Sequence record: NC_061444.1
Length of the DNA stretch: 64,000 nt
Reading direction: 5' to 3' (one strand)
The position numbers and the translations under genes are program-made. The notes beneath the pieces were generated by a model. The model was not told the DNA's origin, ran no database searches, and was given only the letters and a program-made list of their open reading frames with translations. This document shows positions 8,377-17,336 of this stretch, in pieces; the stretch's first letter is position 1, and each line of letters begins with the position of its first letter.

Positions 8377-10017
8377 ATGTCTTTGATTAAAATTCAAGGC
8401 GTTGCATCCACATCTGCTCCTTCGAAAGCGCAGAAAGATGCCGCCGTATATATGTTTGGTTCTAAGGGCCATTCAATCGTCGCAGTGCTCGACAAATTCA
8501 GTCGCGCCAAAGAACTGCGTACTGCTCACCTTGACGGTTTACTCAAGCTGATGAAGGACGGTGAAGATGACGATATCATCAAGTTCACCGCGTCTGCACT
8601 CGGTAAGAGAACTATTACTGCTGCTCGGGCATTTGCTGTAGCTAAGACCCTGACTTCCAGCATCAAAGCGTTGAAACTGATTCGTGTTCCTGTTAAGTGG
8701 GTAGAAGGTCACTCAGATCTTGCCGCTGCTCGCGCACAGGAAACAAAAGAGATTCGCGCACGTCGTACTGCGGGCAACAAACCTGAGAAGCCTATTAAGC
8801 TCGACAACCCAGGCGCACCTGAGTCTACCACAGTAGACAACAAAGTGATTGACGCGAAGAAAGGTTCTGCGACACCTGCAACCGATGACCTAAGTGTGAT
8901 TGACCGTGTAGTTAAAAACCCTTCTATCAAAAACACGTCTATCATTATTCGCCGCGTCTTTAAAGGCCATGAGACTACATCGTCACTGATGTTCCGCAAA
9001 GGCGTAGGTACTCAATCGACGCTTCTGGGTCTTGGGTCTCACGGTAACGGACACGAGACTGGTGCCGGACTGCTGATGGCTGCATTCAAAGCTACCGGTA
9101 TCAAACCTAAGTGGTACTTAGCTGATGCTGGCGATGCTGCTTTCGATTTGGGTTCTGCCGCGAACGTAACTAAAGTGTTCAAATGGCTGTCTGCAAGAAA
9201 GCCGGGCGAAACTTTTGCTGCTACTGCGAAGCTACCTAAGTCTGGTAAAGTGCCTGAAGGTGCAACGCGTGTTGTGCGTGATCACATCGGCAAGCCTGAG
9301 CGTGTTTCGAAAGAAAAACTCGCTTCTTCGACGTTTGATTTTGTCGGCGTTAAGTCTGCTGCCGGTGGCGCACTTAAACTGCAATTCAAACAACCGAAGA
9401 ATGACCACGAATGGTCACTGACAATCCGTCGCAATAAAGACTCTATTACGAGTGACCACGATGGTTCTTCTGGCTACCAGACTGCTGAGTCGTTCTTGCA
9501 GCGCGGTGTCGTTGCAGTAGGCGGCAGTGTTGTTAATGAGCACCAGCAGCCGAACAGCGCGATCTTCCAGTTTGCGAATGAAGATCAGGCCAAAGCATTT
9601 ATGTCTTGGGTTAAAAAGCAAAAAGCCCAGACAATCAACTTCAAAACTGAGCCTAAGATCACGGTCACCAAAGCTGCTTCATACACACCGTCAGGTAAAA
9701 CTGATGTTTCGCTGGTGGATGAAATGGCAGAAGTACCTGCACGCAAGATCGCTGCGAAACCACTTCAGGCGCGTGAAGAATATTTCAACGCTCTGCGCAA
9801 CATCCTGCAAAGCAATCTGCCTAAGTCAGACGTGTCAGCAACATCTGACGGTGTTGTCGTAGCGAAAGGTACCAAGATGTACACGATTCGCCTCGACGAC
9901 AAAGCGTGGACAATTCAGACAGGCGCTACTGGCAAACAGAAGAAGATTGGTGCGACGTTCGATATCGTTGACCTGCTCGGTATGATCGACAAGTCGATTC
10001 TGCGCCCCAAAGCGTAA
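8377..10017 (+). CDS. hypothetical Lys/Ala-rich protein (546 aa)
   Basis: GGAG SD; long ORF bounded by terminators on both sides. Confidence 0.9.
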   Translation: MSLIKIQGVASTSAPSKAQKDAAVYMFGSKGHSIVAVLDKFSRAKELRTAHLDGLLKLMKDGEDDDIIKFTASALGKRTITAARAFAVAKTLTSSIKALKLIRVPVKWVEGHSDLAAARAQETKEIRARRTAGNKPEKPIKLDNPGAPESTTVDNKVIDAKKGSATPATDDLSVIDRVVKNPSIKNTSIIIRRVFKGHETTSSLMFRKGVGTQSTLLGLGSHGNGHETGAGLLMAAFKATGIKPKWYLADAGDAAFDLGSAANVTKVFKWLSARKPGETFAATAKLPKSGKVPEGATRVVRDHIGKPERVSKEKLASSTFDFVGVKSAAGGALKLQFKQPKNDHEWSLTIRRNKDSITSDHDGSSGYQTAESFLQRGVVAVGGSVVNEHQQPNSAIFQFANEDQAKAFMSWVKKQKAQTINFKTEPKITVTKAASYTPSGKTDVSLVDEMAEVPARKIAAKPLQAREEYFNALRNILQSNLPKSDVSATSDGVVVAKGTKMYTIRLDDKAWTIQTGATGKQKKIGATFDIVDLLGMIDKSILRPKA

Positions 10018-10023
10018 ACACAT

Positions 10024-10048
10024 AGGGTAGCTTCGGCTGCCCTTTTTT
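10024..10048 (+). terminator. intrinsic terminator
   Basis: AGGGTAGC-TTCG-GCTGCCCT-TTTTT. Confidence 0.9.
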
Positions 10049-10126
10049 ACGTCTGATCGACCTGAAAAGTGACTGTGACTTAGCTCAAATTGAATCGACC
10101 TACGATCTGCGAAGTCTGCAAATAAC

Positions 10127-10171
10127 TGGACAAAATAGCTATATACACGCGTATGCGCCCTATGATACAAT
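10127..10171 (+). promoter_or_regulatory. phage promoter cassette copy 1
   Basis: TGGACAAAAT at 10127; TGA-TACAAT with -10 at 10166 (39 nt offset). Confidence 0.8.
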
Positions 10172-10224
10172 ATATGCAGACGCTACACGACGTAGCACAT
10201 ACAACTAATGCTGAGGAGCATACA

Positions 10225-10569
10225 ATGAACGAAGTCAAACAAGCTGGTCGCGTATTCACTGAATCTGATCGTCAGATGCTGCAAGACCTCGCCGACACAC
10301 TTAACGCGAAAATGAAACGTACCGACGCTCGCGTGATCGTTACTGACGGCGCCGAAGATAATCTGATACTTATGGTAGTCGGTTATGAAGACGGTGAAGT
10401 CGGTGACGAGTTTGGTTTCTTCTTAGACCTGCCGTATACAGATGACGCAGGCGAAGACGAGAATTACGTTCTGCACTATGCCGGTTACCCTGATATGAAC
10501 GACTACACGTTCCGCACTGTTGACCTAGGCCAGCTTTCTGCTGCAATCGAAGAACTCGACCTGCTGTAA
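10225..10569 (+). CDS. hypothetical acidic protein (114 aa)
   Basis: TGAGGAG SD before ATG 10225. Confidence 0.85.
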   Translation: MNEVKQAGRVFTESDRQMLQDLADTLNAKMKRTDARVIVTDGAEDNLILMVVGYEDGEVGDEFGFFLDLPYTDDAGEDENYVLHYAGYPDMNDYTFRTVDLGQLSAAIEELDLL

Positions 10570-10634
10570 TCGCTAACTGACAATGACTGCGGGGTTACGG
10601 CCCCGCCTACTTACTTCTATAGAGAGACACGACT

Positions 10635-11255
10635 ATGACTATGCACATCACTACTTTCTTCGTAAAACGCTCTTACGCTTCTCTGGCTGCTGGTTCATTC
10701 ACTATTGCTTCTAAGCAAGTGCAAGAGCTGGTGGAGTCTGAGGTATTCATTGTGTATGCTAACACAGGCTTAGGTAACGCCTTCGCTTTACGCAACATCA
10801 CTCTGACGCCTGTTGATGAAGCAAACGTGCGTGTTGAGTTCGACCCGCTGACCGACGTTCACGCAATGCCACCGTCAGTGTTGCCGAAAGACGTATTGAC
10901 CGAAAGCGCGCAGCAATACTATATGATGCCTGATGATGTTGCTCAGGCCCCTCGCTTCTGCGTATCTAATCACGCATCTGGCAACGAACCAAACATGTTG
11001 TGTCTGAATCATGAAGTACGTGAGCGTCTGATTCAATATAAAGGCGGCATGATCAGCCTGACAGAGCTTGTGCTTATTCTGCATGAGCAAAACATTTCAG
11101 TGACCGACATTCACCAGCACCGCCGCAACAAAGAGAAGTATGTGGCGCAAATCACTGAACGCACCTCACACGTTATCGAACTGTCGAAAGACAATGGCGT
11201 TAAGCAAGACGGTAGCGACTTCCCGCTGCTTGCTCGCCTGAACGTGTATCTCTAA
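10635..11255 (+). CDS. hypothetical protein (206 aa), paralog of 11668-12246
   Basis: Shared leader GAGAGACACGACTATGAC and C-terminal similarity. Confidence 0.85.
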   Translation: MTMHITTFFVKRSYASLAAGSFTIASKQVQELVESEVFIVYANTGLGNAFALRNITLTPVDEANVRVEFDPLTDVHAMPPSVLPKDVLTESAQQYYMMPDDVAQAPRFCVSNHASGNEPNMLCLNHEVRERLIQYKGGMISLTELVLILHEQNISVTDIHQHRRNKEKYVAQITERTSHVIELSKDNGVKQDGSDFPLLARLNVYL

Positions 11256-11267
11256 TCGGCAAGTCTT

Positions 11268-11311
11268 TGGACGAATACGCCATTGAGTTTCGAAACTCAA
11301 TGGCGTACTAT
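11268..11311 (+). promoter_or_regulatory. phage promoter cassette copy 2 with perfect 32-bp palindrome in spacer
   Basis: TGGACGAATA at 11268; TACTAT at 11306; palindrome 11276-11307. Confidence 0.65.
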
Positions 11312-11358
11312 GTAATCCCTAGCGCAATGACGCGCTCAACAACGAAAGAGGCAATATC

Positions 11359-11604
11359 ATGTCAGAGAAACAAATCACACTCGACCTTATCGCAGACGTA
11401 GCATCACCAACTGAGGTCGTGTTTGAAGACGGCGAGACTTCTACTCAATGGCTCGCACCGTACGATCTGCGCCTGACTGTTTCGCAGACTGTAGGCCCGA
11501 ACGGCGACCCTGAAGTAAACATTATCGGTCACGAAGATGACCTGCGCCGCTTCTTAGCAGAAAAACTGCCTGACCTTGACAGTAAACTCGAAGACGTTCG
11601 TTAA
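11359..11604 (+). CDS. hypothetical acidic protein (81 aa)
   Basis: GAGG SD; downstream of promoter copy 2. Confidence 0.85.
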   Translation: MSEKQITLDLIADVASPTEVVFEDGETSTQWLAPYDLRLTVSQTVGPNGDPEVNIIGHEDDLRRFLAEKLPDLDSKLEDVR

Positions 11605-11667
11605 TCGCTTAACCTGACTGTGGAGTTACGGCGCCACATAATATCAAATCAAATGAGAGACACGACT

Positions 11668-12246
11668 ATGACCATCGCTGCATTTATCAAAACAAACGAC
11701 ACTGTACTGGCGACTGGCGAGATTCTGATTAAGCGCCCTCACTTCGAAGCGTTATGTGAGTGTGAGATCGCTGTGCTATATACTACAGGTAAAGAGCAAG
11801 ACAGCGCTAAAGCCTACGCACTGACTGACCTCATGCTGCATAGTGTAGACAAAGAGCACGTCAAAATCATGTTCGCTGAGAAGACGCCTATCGACGCGTC
11901 ACTCATTCGTGAATATCAGTACGATGAAAAAGAAGGCATGGCGATTGAAGTCGAGCAGCCTAAACTGCTGACCAACCTGCCTCGCTTCAACATCGTGTCT
12001 GACCTTAGCGTTGCTGATCGTGTGCGACTGCCTTACGAAGCTCGTATGTGTATCGCGCAGTATGTGTGCGGTCAGTTCAACACTGCGACATTCAAACGTC
12101 GCATGACGCGCATGAACTTCAAGGTTGTGTCTCTGATTACACGAGGCCGCCGCGATGAATCGAAGCCGTACGCAATCTTCCGCCATCGCCTGAGTCAACT
12201 TGCTACTATCTCTGACGGCAAGAACTCTATGCAGGTCTATCTGTAA
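11668..12246 (+). CDS. hypothetical protein (192 aa), paralog of 10635-11255
   Basis: Same 18-nt leader as 10635; both end in VYL. Confidence 0.85.
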   Translation: MTIAAFIKTNDTVLATGEILIKRPHFEALCECEIAVLYTTGKEQDSAKAYALTDLMLHSVDKEHVKIMFAEKTPIDASLIREYQYDEKEGMAIEVEQPKLLTNLPRFNIVSDLSVADRVRLPYEARMCIAQYVCGQFNTATFKRRMTRMNFKVVSLITRGRRDESKPYAIFRHRLSQLATISDGKNSMQVYL

Positions 12247-12254
12247 ACAATCAT

Positions 12255-12278
12255 AGCCCACACATCGTGGGCTTTTCT
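12255..12278 (+). terminator. probable terminator
   Basis: AGCCCAC-ACATC-GTGGGCT-TTTCT. Confidence 0.65.
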
Positions 12279-12292
12279 ATTTGGAGAATGTT

Positions 12293-12553
12293 ATGATTCA
12301 CTATACCCGTGAAGAACTCGAAGAAATGGACGTGACCGAACTCGACGCAATCGCTAACAGCCGCAACCTGCTCGATGACTTCGATGAAGAAGACGATCAA
12401 GACGAGCACATGCTGGTGGGTCTGATTCTCGACGACCAGAACGAGCAACGTATGGCAGAAGAAGACGCTGCTGACAAACAACGCGCCGAAGATGATCGTG
12501 ACCCACGTATCAATCGTCGTGAAGACCAAGACGGGTCTGACGACTACTGCTAA
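12293..12553 (+). CDS. small acidic protein with Rho-N/HeH-like motif (86 aa)
   Basis: GGAG SD; YTREELEEMDVTELDAIANSRNL...LVGLIL. Confidence 0.75.
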   Translation: MIHYTREELEEMDVTELDAIANSRNLLDDFDEEDDQDEHMLVGLILDDQNEQRMAEEDAADKQRAEDDRDPRINRREDQDGSDDYC

Positions 12554-12566
12554 TAACTCTAAACTC

Positions 12567-12595
12567 AAGGGCTGCCATTGCTGGTGGCCCTTTTT
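12567..12595 (+). terminator. intrinsic terminator
   Basis: AAGGGCTGCCA-TTGC-TGGTGGCCCTT-TTT. Confidence 0.8.
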
Positions 12596-12641
12596 CATTT
12601 CTGTAAATATCACGCACACAAACAACAATGCGAGATATACA

Positions 12642-13010
12642 ATGCGCCGTTTCGTTATCGTCTTCAACGTCACTCAGGCAGAGCTTGATGACCGTCGCTT
12701 CTTTCAATCTAAACTCAATATCGTTTCGTCACTGCGCCGCGCTCGCTGTGTCTTTCTCGTCGTTCGTGAAACAAAGCAGGTGCTGTGCGTTTCAGAACTG
12801 ACCTATCAACCAAGTGTAGAGCCAGGCATTCGTCAGGTAGACTTCGATGCACCGCGTGACGTGACCGCGTATGTGCTGCCATTCACCGAACTCACTACGG
12901 CTATGGTCAACAACTCACAAGACCCAAGCATTCGCTACTTCGGTCGCCAGCTTGAAATGGATGCAGACCAACTCAAGCGCTTCCACACTCAACTGGAGAT
13001 TGTCGCATGA
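12642..13010 (+). CDS. hypothetical protein (122 aa)
   Basis: ATG 12642; stop overlaps next start (ATGA). Confidence 0.8.
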   Translation: MRRFVIVFNVTQAELDDRRFFQSKLNIVSSLRRARCVFLVVRETKQVLCVSELTYQPSVEPGIRQVDFDAPRDVTAYVLPFTELTTAMVNNSQDPSIRYFGRQLEMDADQLKRFHTQLEIVA

Positions 13011-13252
13011 CTAAACCAACACTAGGCGCTTCTCTTGGTGCTCGCTTCGCTGTCACTTCGAAAGAGAATATCGAGGCGCGTAAGAAACCAAACCCACGTC
13101 GTAGTACATTGAGCGCAGCAACGACCAAAGAACTGCATAACGCCGTGAACATGCTGGCGATCAAACTCAAGACCACACGCTCTGGTGCTATTGAACGCGC
13201 AGTGGCGGAGCTGTGTGACAAGCATGGCATTGACTACGGGACGCTAGAATGA
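13007..13252 (+). CDS. ribbon-helix-helix (CopG/ParG-like) DNA-binding protein
   Basis: RRSTLSAATTKELHNAVNMLAIKLKTTRSGAIERAVAEL fits RHH pattern; flexible basic N-terminus. Confidence 0.65.
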   Translation: MTKPTLGASLGARFAVTSKENIEARKKPNPRRSTLSAATTKELHNAVNMLAIKLKTTRSGAIERAVAELCDKHGIDYGTLE

Positions 13253-13611
13253 CCGACACGCATATCTATTGTCGCCTGTATGGTGTGCAGCATCGCTTAA
13301 AGATCACCGCATTCAACTTCATGAAGCAGCCTAACATGATCACTGTCGATTCTTCTGACGTGCTCAAGATGATGCCGCTGATTAATGTTGGTGCTGCATA
13401 CGACACGTACACGCCGTACAACGTACTCAAAGCAGGACGCGCTGACTTCAAGATCCGCCTGATGGAAAAGACAGACGCGCATATCTGGCGCTACGTATTC
13501 GAAGACTATCGCGGCCAGATGTTCGAAACGTATTTAGTTCGGAGACACTATGAAACGCCTCGGGATTGTAACGGTGTTGTCATTAAAGGACAAACAACCA
13601 AAGTCATGTGA
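13249..13611 (+). CDS. hypothetical protein (120 aa)
   Basis: Coupled ATGA overlap. Confidence 0.75.
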   Translation: MTDTHIYCRLYGVQHRLKITAFNFMKQPNMITVDSSDVLKMMPLINVGAAYDTYTPYNVLKAGRADFKIRLMEKTDAHIWRYVFEDYRGQMFETYLVRRHYETPRDCNGVVIKGQTTKVM

Positions 13612-14185
13612 CTTAGATATCACGCCTGTGTCGAAAGACGAAGAATGGGGCTCGCTGAGTCCCTTTCATTTAGGGCCGTGTCGCACACCTGATGGAACGA
13701 TGTTCCTCAACATGGAAAACCTCTGGCAGTACAGCAAGGTCTATGAAGAACATCTCGTCAATTCGAATAACCTGTTCCACGGTGAGATATCTGCCGACTG
13801 GTGGAAGTGGCACTTAAAAGGTAGCACAACAAAACAGGCGCATCGCTATCCTATGGGTAAAGGCCAAAAGGCTTTGTTCTCCAGATGGGGCGACTTGCGC
13901 CTTTCGTACATTCCCGCACGAAAACAAATCTATGTGCCGGAGTACACAAAGCTGGTGGTGCAGCAACCTAAGTTCAAGCGCCTGTTGAAAGAGTATAAGA
14001 AAGGTGCTCACATAGTTTTACGCGACTATGACACCTACGACATTCAGAAAGCCTATCCTGAATCGCGTAATCCTTGGCTTTCCGCCATTCAAAACGACAA
14101 TGCAAAATTCGGACACGCGTTCGTTATTGCATTGGCCCTGTTATTTCACGAACGACCACTATGGTACAATCAATGGGTAATCTAA
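13550..14185 (+). CDS. DUF6939-like (NADAR-related) protein
   Basis: GGAG SD; DIT..S....W..LSPF...P, ENLWQYSKVY, R..IY.P.Y, HA.V motifs. Confidence 0.6.
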   Translation: MKRLGIVTVLSLKDKQPKSCDLDITPVSKDEEWGSLSPFHLGPCRTPDGTMFLNMENLWQYSKVYEEHLVNSNNLFHGEISADWWKWHLKGSTTKQAHRYPMGKGQKALFSRWGDLRLSYIPARKQIYVPEYTKLVVQQPKFKRLLKEYKKGAHIVLRDYDTYDIQKAYPESRNPWLSAIQNDNAKFGHAFVIALALLFHERPLWYNQWVI

Positions 14186-14490
14186 AGTATCTGGCCTGTA
14201 TCGAACTGAGCACAAGGGAAGGTAATCTGAATCTACCTATCTTACCTAAATGTGATATGCAGGCGTTTCTGCTTGATAGCCGCACTAAAACGAAAGTGCC
14301 TATCAAGCTCAATGCCACAAACGTGGTCAAAGTCTGCGGCAAGACGTGTGGCAGCCTACAGTGGTTCGACTGTATTAATCTGCTTATATGGTCTTCTTTC
14401 GAACCAGAGCGTTTCACGCTGTATATTGAGCGCGTACTCAAAACAGACGAGACTACAGAAGCCCTGCAATCTGCTGAACTCTGCAAATAA
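14173..14490 (+). CDS. hypothetical protein (105 aa)
   Basis: ATG 14173 overlapping upstream stop; ends inside promoter cassette 3. Confidence 0.6.
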   Translation: MGNLKYLACIELSTREGNLNLPILPKCDMQAFLLDSRTKTKVPIKLNATNVVKVCGKTCGSLQWFDCINLLIWSSFEPERFTLYIERVLKTDETTEALQSAELCK

Positions 14491-14491
14491 C

Positions 14492-14536
14492 TGGCTAAAA
14501 TAGCCGTTTCATTCAGAGACTGACCTATGTTATAAT
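14492..14536 (+). promoter_or_regulatory. phage promoter cassette copy 3
   Basis: TGGCTAAAAT at 14492; TGT-TATAAT at 14531 (39 nt offset). Confidence 0.8.
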
Positions 14537-14582
14537 AAACGTGAGCGCAGTGCTCATTACAACACAAGCTGAGGAGCTTATT

Positions 14583-15014
14583 ATGACTATTTCAATCGCT
14601 GATCTGAAAACGCCTGCTGATTTTACTGCTGCCCTGACAGTTTCCCATATACAGGATTTGCGTGACCGTCTGATTGCTGCATTAGGCCGTGAAGATATTG
14701 AAGTGTTCGTGGATGCGGATGACGGCGGCGACGTGCCGAGTGACCCGACTGAAAATGTTAGCAGCCGCCTGATTCATCTGCGTATCGGGTACAAGGGCCG
14801 CGACCCTGACGAACCGACCGACAAGGGTGTGTGGGATATTCTTGTTGCACTCCCGCATGAAGATAACTGCTGGGACACATGGACAAACTCATACGTCTTG
14901 CAGATAACGGATATCGATCAGGATGTTCTCGAAGAAGTTAGTGTGGAAAATGGCAACCCACGCATGTACGAAACATTCGCAGAACGTATTCAGTTCTGGT
15001 TGCCTAAACTGTAA
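14583..15014 (+). CDS. hypothetical acidic protein (143 aa)
   Basis: AAGCTGAGGAGCTTA leader before ATG 14583. Confidence 0.85.
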   Translation: MTISIADLKTPADFTAALTVSHIQDLRDRLIAALGREDIEVFVDADDGGDVPSDPTENVSSRLIHLRIGYKGRDPDEPTDKGVWDILVALPHEDNCWDTWTNSYVLQITDIDQDVLEEVSVENGNPRMYETFAERIQFWLPKL

Positions 15015-15064
15015 GTGATTTGTGTAGAGCATTCGCTGAGTGCTCTATGAAAATCCAAACAACC

Positions 15065-15085
15065 TAAGCTGAGGAGCTTAACATG
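15065..15085 (+). repeat. 21-nt RBS repeat TAAGCTGAGGAGCTTAACATG (identical at 15865-15885; 15-nt core at 14566-14580)
   Basis: Exact repeats; TAAGCT/AGCTTA stem with GAGG loop. Confidence 0.9.
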
Positions 15086-15400
15086 TCATCATCTACTACT
15101 CTGACTTTCATCTTCCCAGAACTGACCTCTCTGGAAGTTTCTATCGGCAACGGCGTTGTCCCACACTATCTGGGAATTGCCGAGAACATGGACAAGACGT
15201 TTAGCGATGTTAAGGCGCTGCGTCTGATGCAAGACTCGAACGTAGTTGGCGTTATGAGCCGCTTCGATCAGTCTCTGCTTAATATGCTGATTGCTCGACA
15301 CGAAACGCATGAGCATATCCGCTGTCGTGATGCCGTTGAGCACGGCACCGAGTATTTCGCATCTACCTGTCTCTACCTGAAGGTAGCGCATCACCGCTAA
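15083..15400 (+). CDS. hypothetical protein (105 aa)
   Basis: Strong SD repeat. Confidence 0.85.
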   Translation: MSSSTTLTFIFPELTSLEVSIGNGVVPHYLGIAENMDKTFSDVKALRLMQDSNVVGVMSRFDQSLLNMLIARHETHEHIRCRDAVEHGTEYFASTCLYLKVAHHR

Positions 15401-15464
15401 GATTTGTGAAGGGCCTTCGACGAGGGTCCTTTGAAAATCAAACCATGTTCTGAGGAGAACAACA

Positions 15465-15818
15465 ATGCCAGCAACTGAATTGCCTATCGACGCCCGCGCT
15501 TTTGATGACCTGAGCAATAGCAACTTCCTGCAGGTGTGCAACGCGATCTCTTTCTGTGTGTCTCGTGGTGACCTTGAGTTTCGTCATCATATCAAAGGCC
15601 GTCACATTGACGTTGCGTATCGCGCTGGTGGCCACAACGTTTTCGGTATCAGCACCGTTCGCATTCTGATGCCGTCCGAAGTTCTGCGTGAAGATATCGT
15701 AGAAGACTTCGAAATCATTCACGGCGATGCAGTGATTCAGATTGAACGCCAGAAAGATTCATTCTCAACCCTGCAACGTATCGCTGGTGCAGTAGAAGCG
15801 TGTATGCCTAAACGGTGA
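15465..15818 (+). CDS. hypothetical protein (117 aa)
   Basis: TGAGGAG SD. Confidence 0.85.
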   Translation: MPATELPIDARAFDDLSNSNFLQVCNAISFCVSRGDLEFRHHIKGRHIDVAYRAGGHNVFGISTVRILMPSEVLREDIVEDFEIIHGDAVIQIERQKDSFSTLQRIAGAVEACMPKR

Positions 15819-15882
15819 TTGTTGCTCGCAGGTTCTTACGAGAGCCTGCTGTCAACATAACCCATAAGCTGAGGAGCTTAAC

Positions 15883-16287
15883 ATGAAACAATATCCACAA
15901 CGTGGCCAAGTGTACACGCTGAAAGAAATCGAGAATGAACTCGAACTGCGTGACAGCCCGTTCTTAGGCTTCACCCCGCAGAAAGTTCGTTACGTTGCAC
16001 TCTCCGCGACCGAACAAGTGATTCAGCAGTCGCATATTGCTAACCTCTCAGATCTTGAGGGTTGGGCCGATACTGAGTGGACGTATCTGTATGAGACAGA
16101 CGAGTGGATTCCAATCTTCCGTGCTGTCGATAACGCAGCAATCGAAGCGCTGTGTGTCATTGAACCTGACACGTATGAACATCGTTCTGATACAACAATG
16201 TTCGTCTACCCTAAAGGCACTGAGTGCAAACAGTACGTGCCTTTCGATGAAGCAGTTCACGGCGATCTGCTTGAACGCGACGAATAA
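15883..16287 (+). CDS. hypothetical protein (134 aa)
   Basis: Strong SD repeat. Confidence 0.85.
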   Translation: MKQYPQRGQVYTLKEIENELELRDSPFLGFTPQKVRYVALSATEQVIQQSHIANLSDLEGWADTEWTYLYETDEWIPIFRAVDNAAIEALCVIEPDTYEHRSDTTMFVYPKGTECKQYVPFDEAVHGDLLERDE

Positions 16288-16343
16288 CAAACAAGGGATG
16301 CTCACAATCGTGGGTGTCCCATTCTACATTTAAGGGGAAAATC

Positions 16344-16883
16344 ATGTTAGACCAAATCACTCACATTATCCAAGCGATGATGACCAATCTGAAAGACGTT
16401 CGTGCTGTTGAAGAAGTTCGAATCATCGGTACCACGGCGGTGCGTTTCCGCGCAAAAGGCAAAACGTTTGACGTGCGTGGTCATTACCCGCTTTTCTGTG
16501 TTAATGAAATCGAAGGCTCTTGCATGACTGGTTCGAAAGCAGCCTACGAGATTGAGCGTCAGATGAATGGCGGTCCTATTGACTCGCAAGACGAAGAAGA
16601 CTTCGCGCATGACTCACACGAAGAAGCAGTCAACGACCTGTTGTGTGCGCATGTCGATAGCATGAGCGAGGAACATGTTCGTGCGTACAACGAAGAATGC
16701 GGTGGGCCTGACTTAGACCCTATCAATGCGCAACGTGTCTGGTTGAAAACACACTTGATACACCGCAGCGCAGAACTGTCCCGCATGTTTGAAGAAGTGT
16801 TGTTCATGGAAGGTAAAGAGCGTTACGAAGAACTGCGTAAAGCAATCAAAGCTGTTTACGACAATAAACCGAAAGTAGCCTAA
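16344..16883 (+). CDS. hypothetical protein (179 aa)
   Basis: AAGGGG SD before ATG 16344; preceded by hairpin 16295-16320. Confidence 0.85.
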   Translation: MLDQITHIIQAMMTNLKDVRAVEEVRIIGTTAVRFRAKGKTFDVRGHYPLFCVNEIEGSCMTGSKAAYEIERQMNGGPIDSQDEEDFAHDSHEEAVNDLLCAHVDSMSEEHVRAYNEECGGPDLDPINAQRVWLKTHLIHRSAELSRMFEEVLFMEGKERYEELRKAIKAVYDNKPKVA

Positions 16884-16895
16884 GAGGAAATAGTA

Positions 16896-17336
16896 ATGAG
16901 CGAAATAGATATTCTGATCCGTGAGTTCGAACGGGCGTATCTCAAGTCACTTGCGTCTGCCTGGGGTAACGTTGCGTATCATGTCCAAGACCATCACCCT
17001 GAGTTGAAAAACATTCGCATGTACTTGCGTTTTCGCACCCAGTATCAATGTCTCTGGAATCGACCTGTTCTTGTTCTCGCAACAATTGATGTTACTAATC
17101 CTGGCCAAGGCGAGTTCTCGAAGTTACTCGCTCGTACTAAAGAAATGTGTCGGCAGCGTGACTGGATTCTCCAAATTGAAAACGTGCTGACACCTAAGTT
17201 CAGAAAGTTTCTACAGCGTGGTGGATTCAAACCATTTGGTATTGATGCCGAAGTGCCGTACGGAAGTCTCTATTGGTTCCACGACGAAACAATCCCAACG
17301 CAGTGTGCCATGTACAGACAGGAGCGTTCGCTATGA
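16896..17336 (+). CDS. GNAT-like N-acetyltransferase
   Basis: LVLATIDVTNPGQGEFSKLL (motif A-like) and IENVLTPKFRKFLQRGGF (motif B-like). Confidence 0.55.
   Translation: MSEIDILIREFERAYLKSLASAWGNVAYHVQDHHPELKNIRMYLRFRTQYQCLWNRPVLVLATIDVTNPGQGEFSKLLARTKEMCRQRDWILQIENVLTPKFRKFLQRGGFKPFGIDAEVPYGSLYWFHDETIPTQCAMYRQERSL

Noticed and set aside
13550-13611. Programmed frameshift or fusion at long gene overlaps (also 61482-61549)
   Set aside because: Downstream genes have their own SD and ATG, and no slippery heptamer with a stimulatory structure was seen
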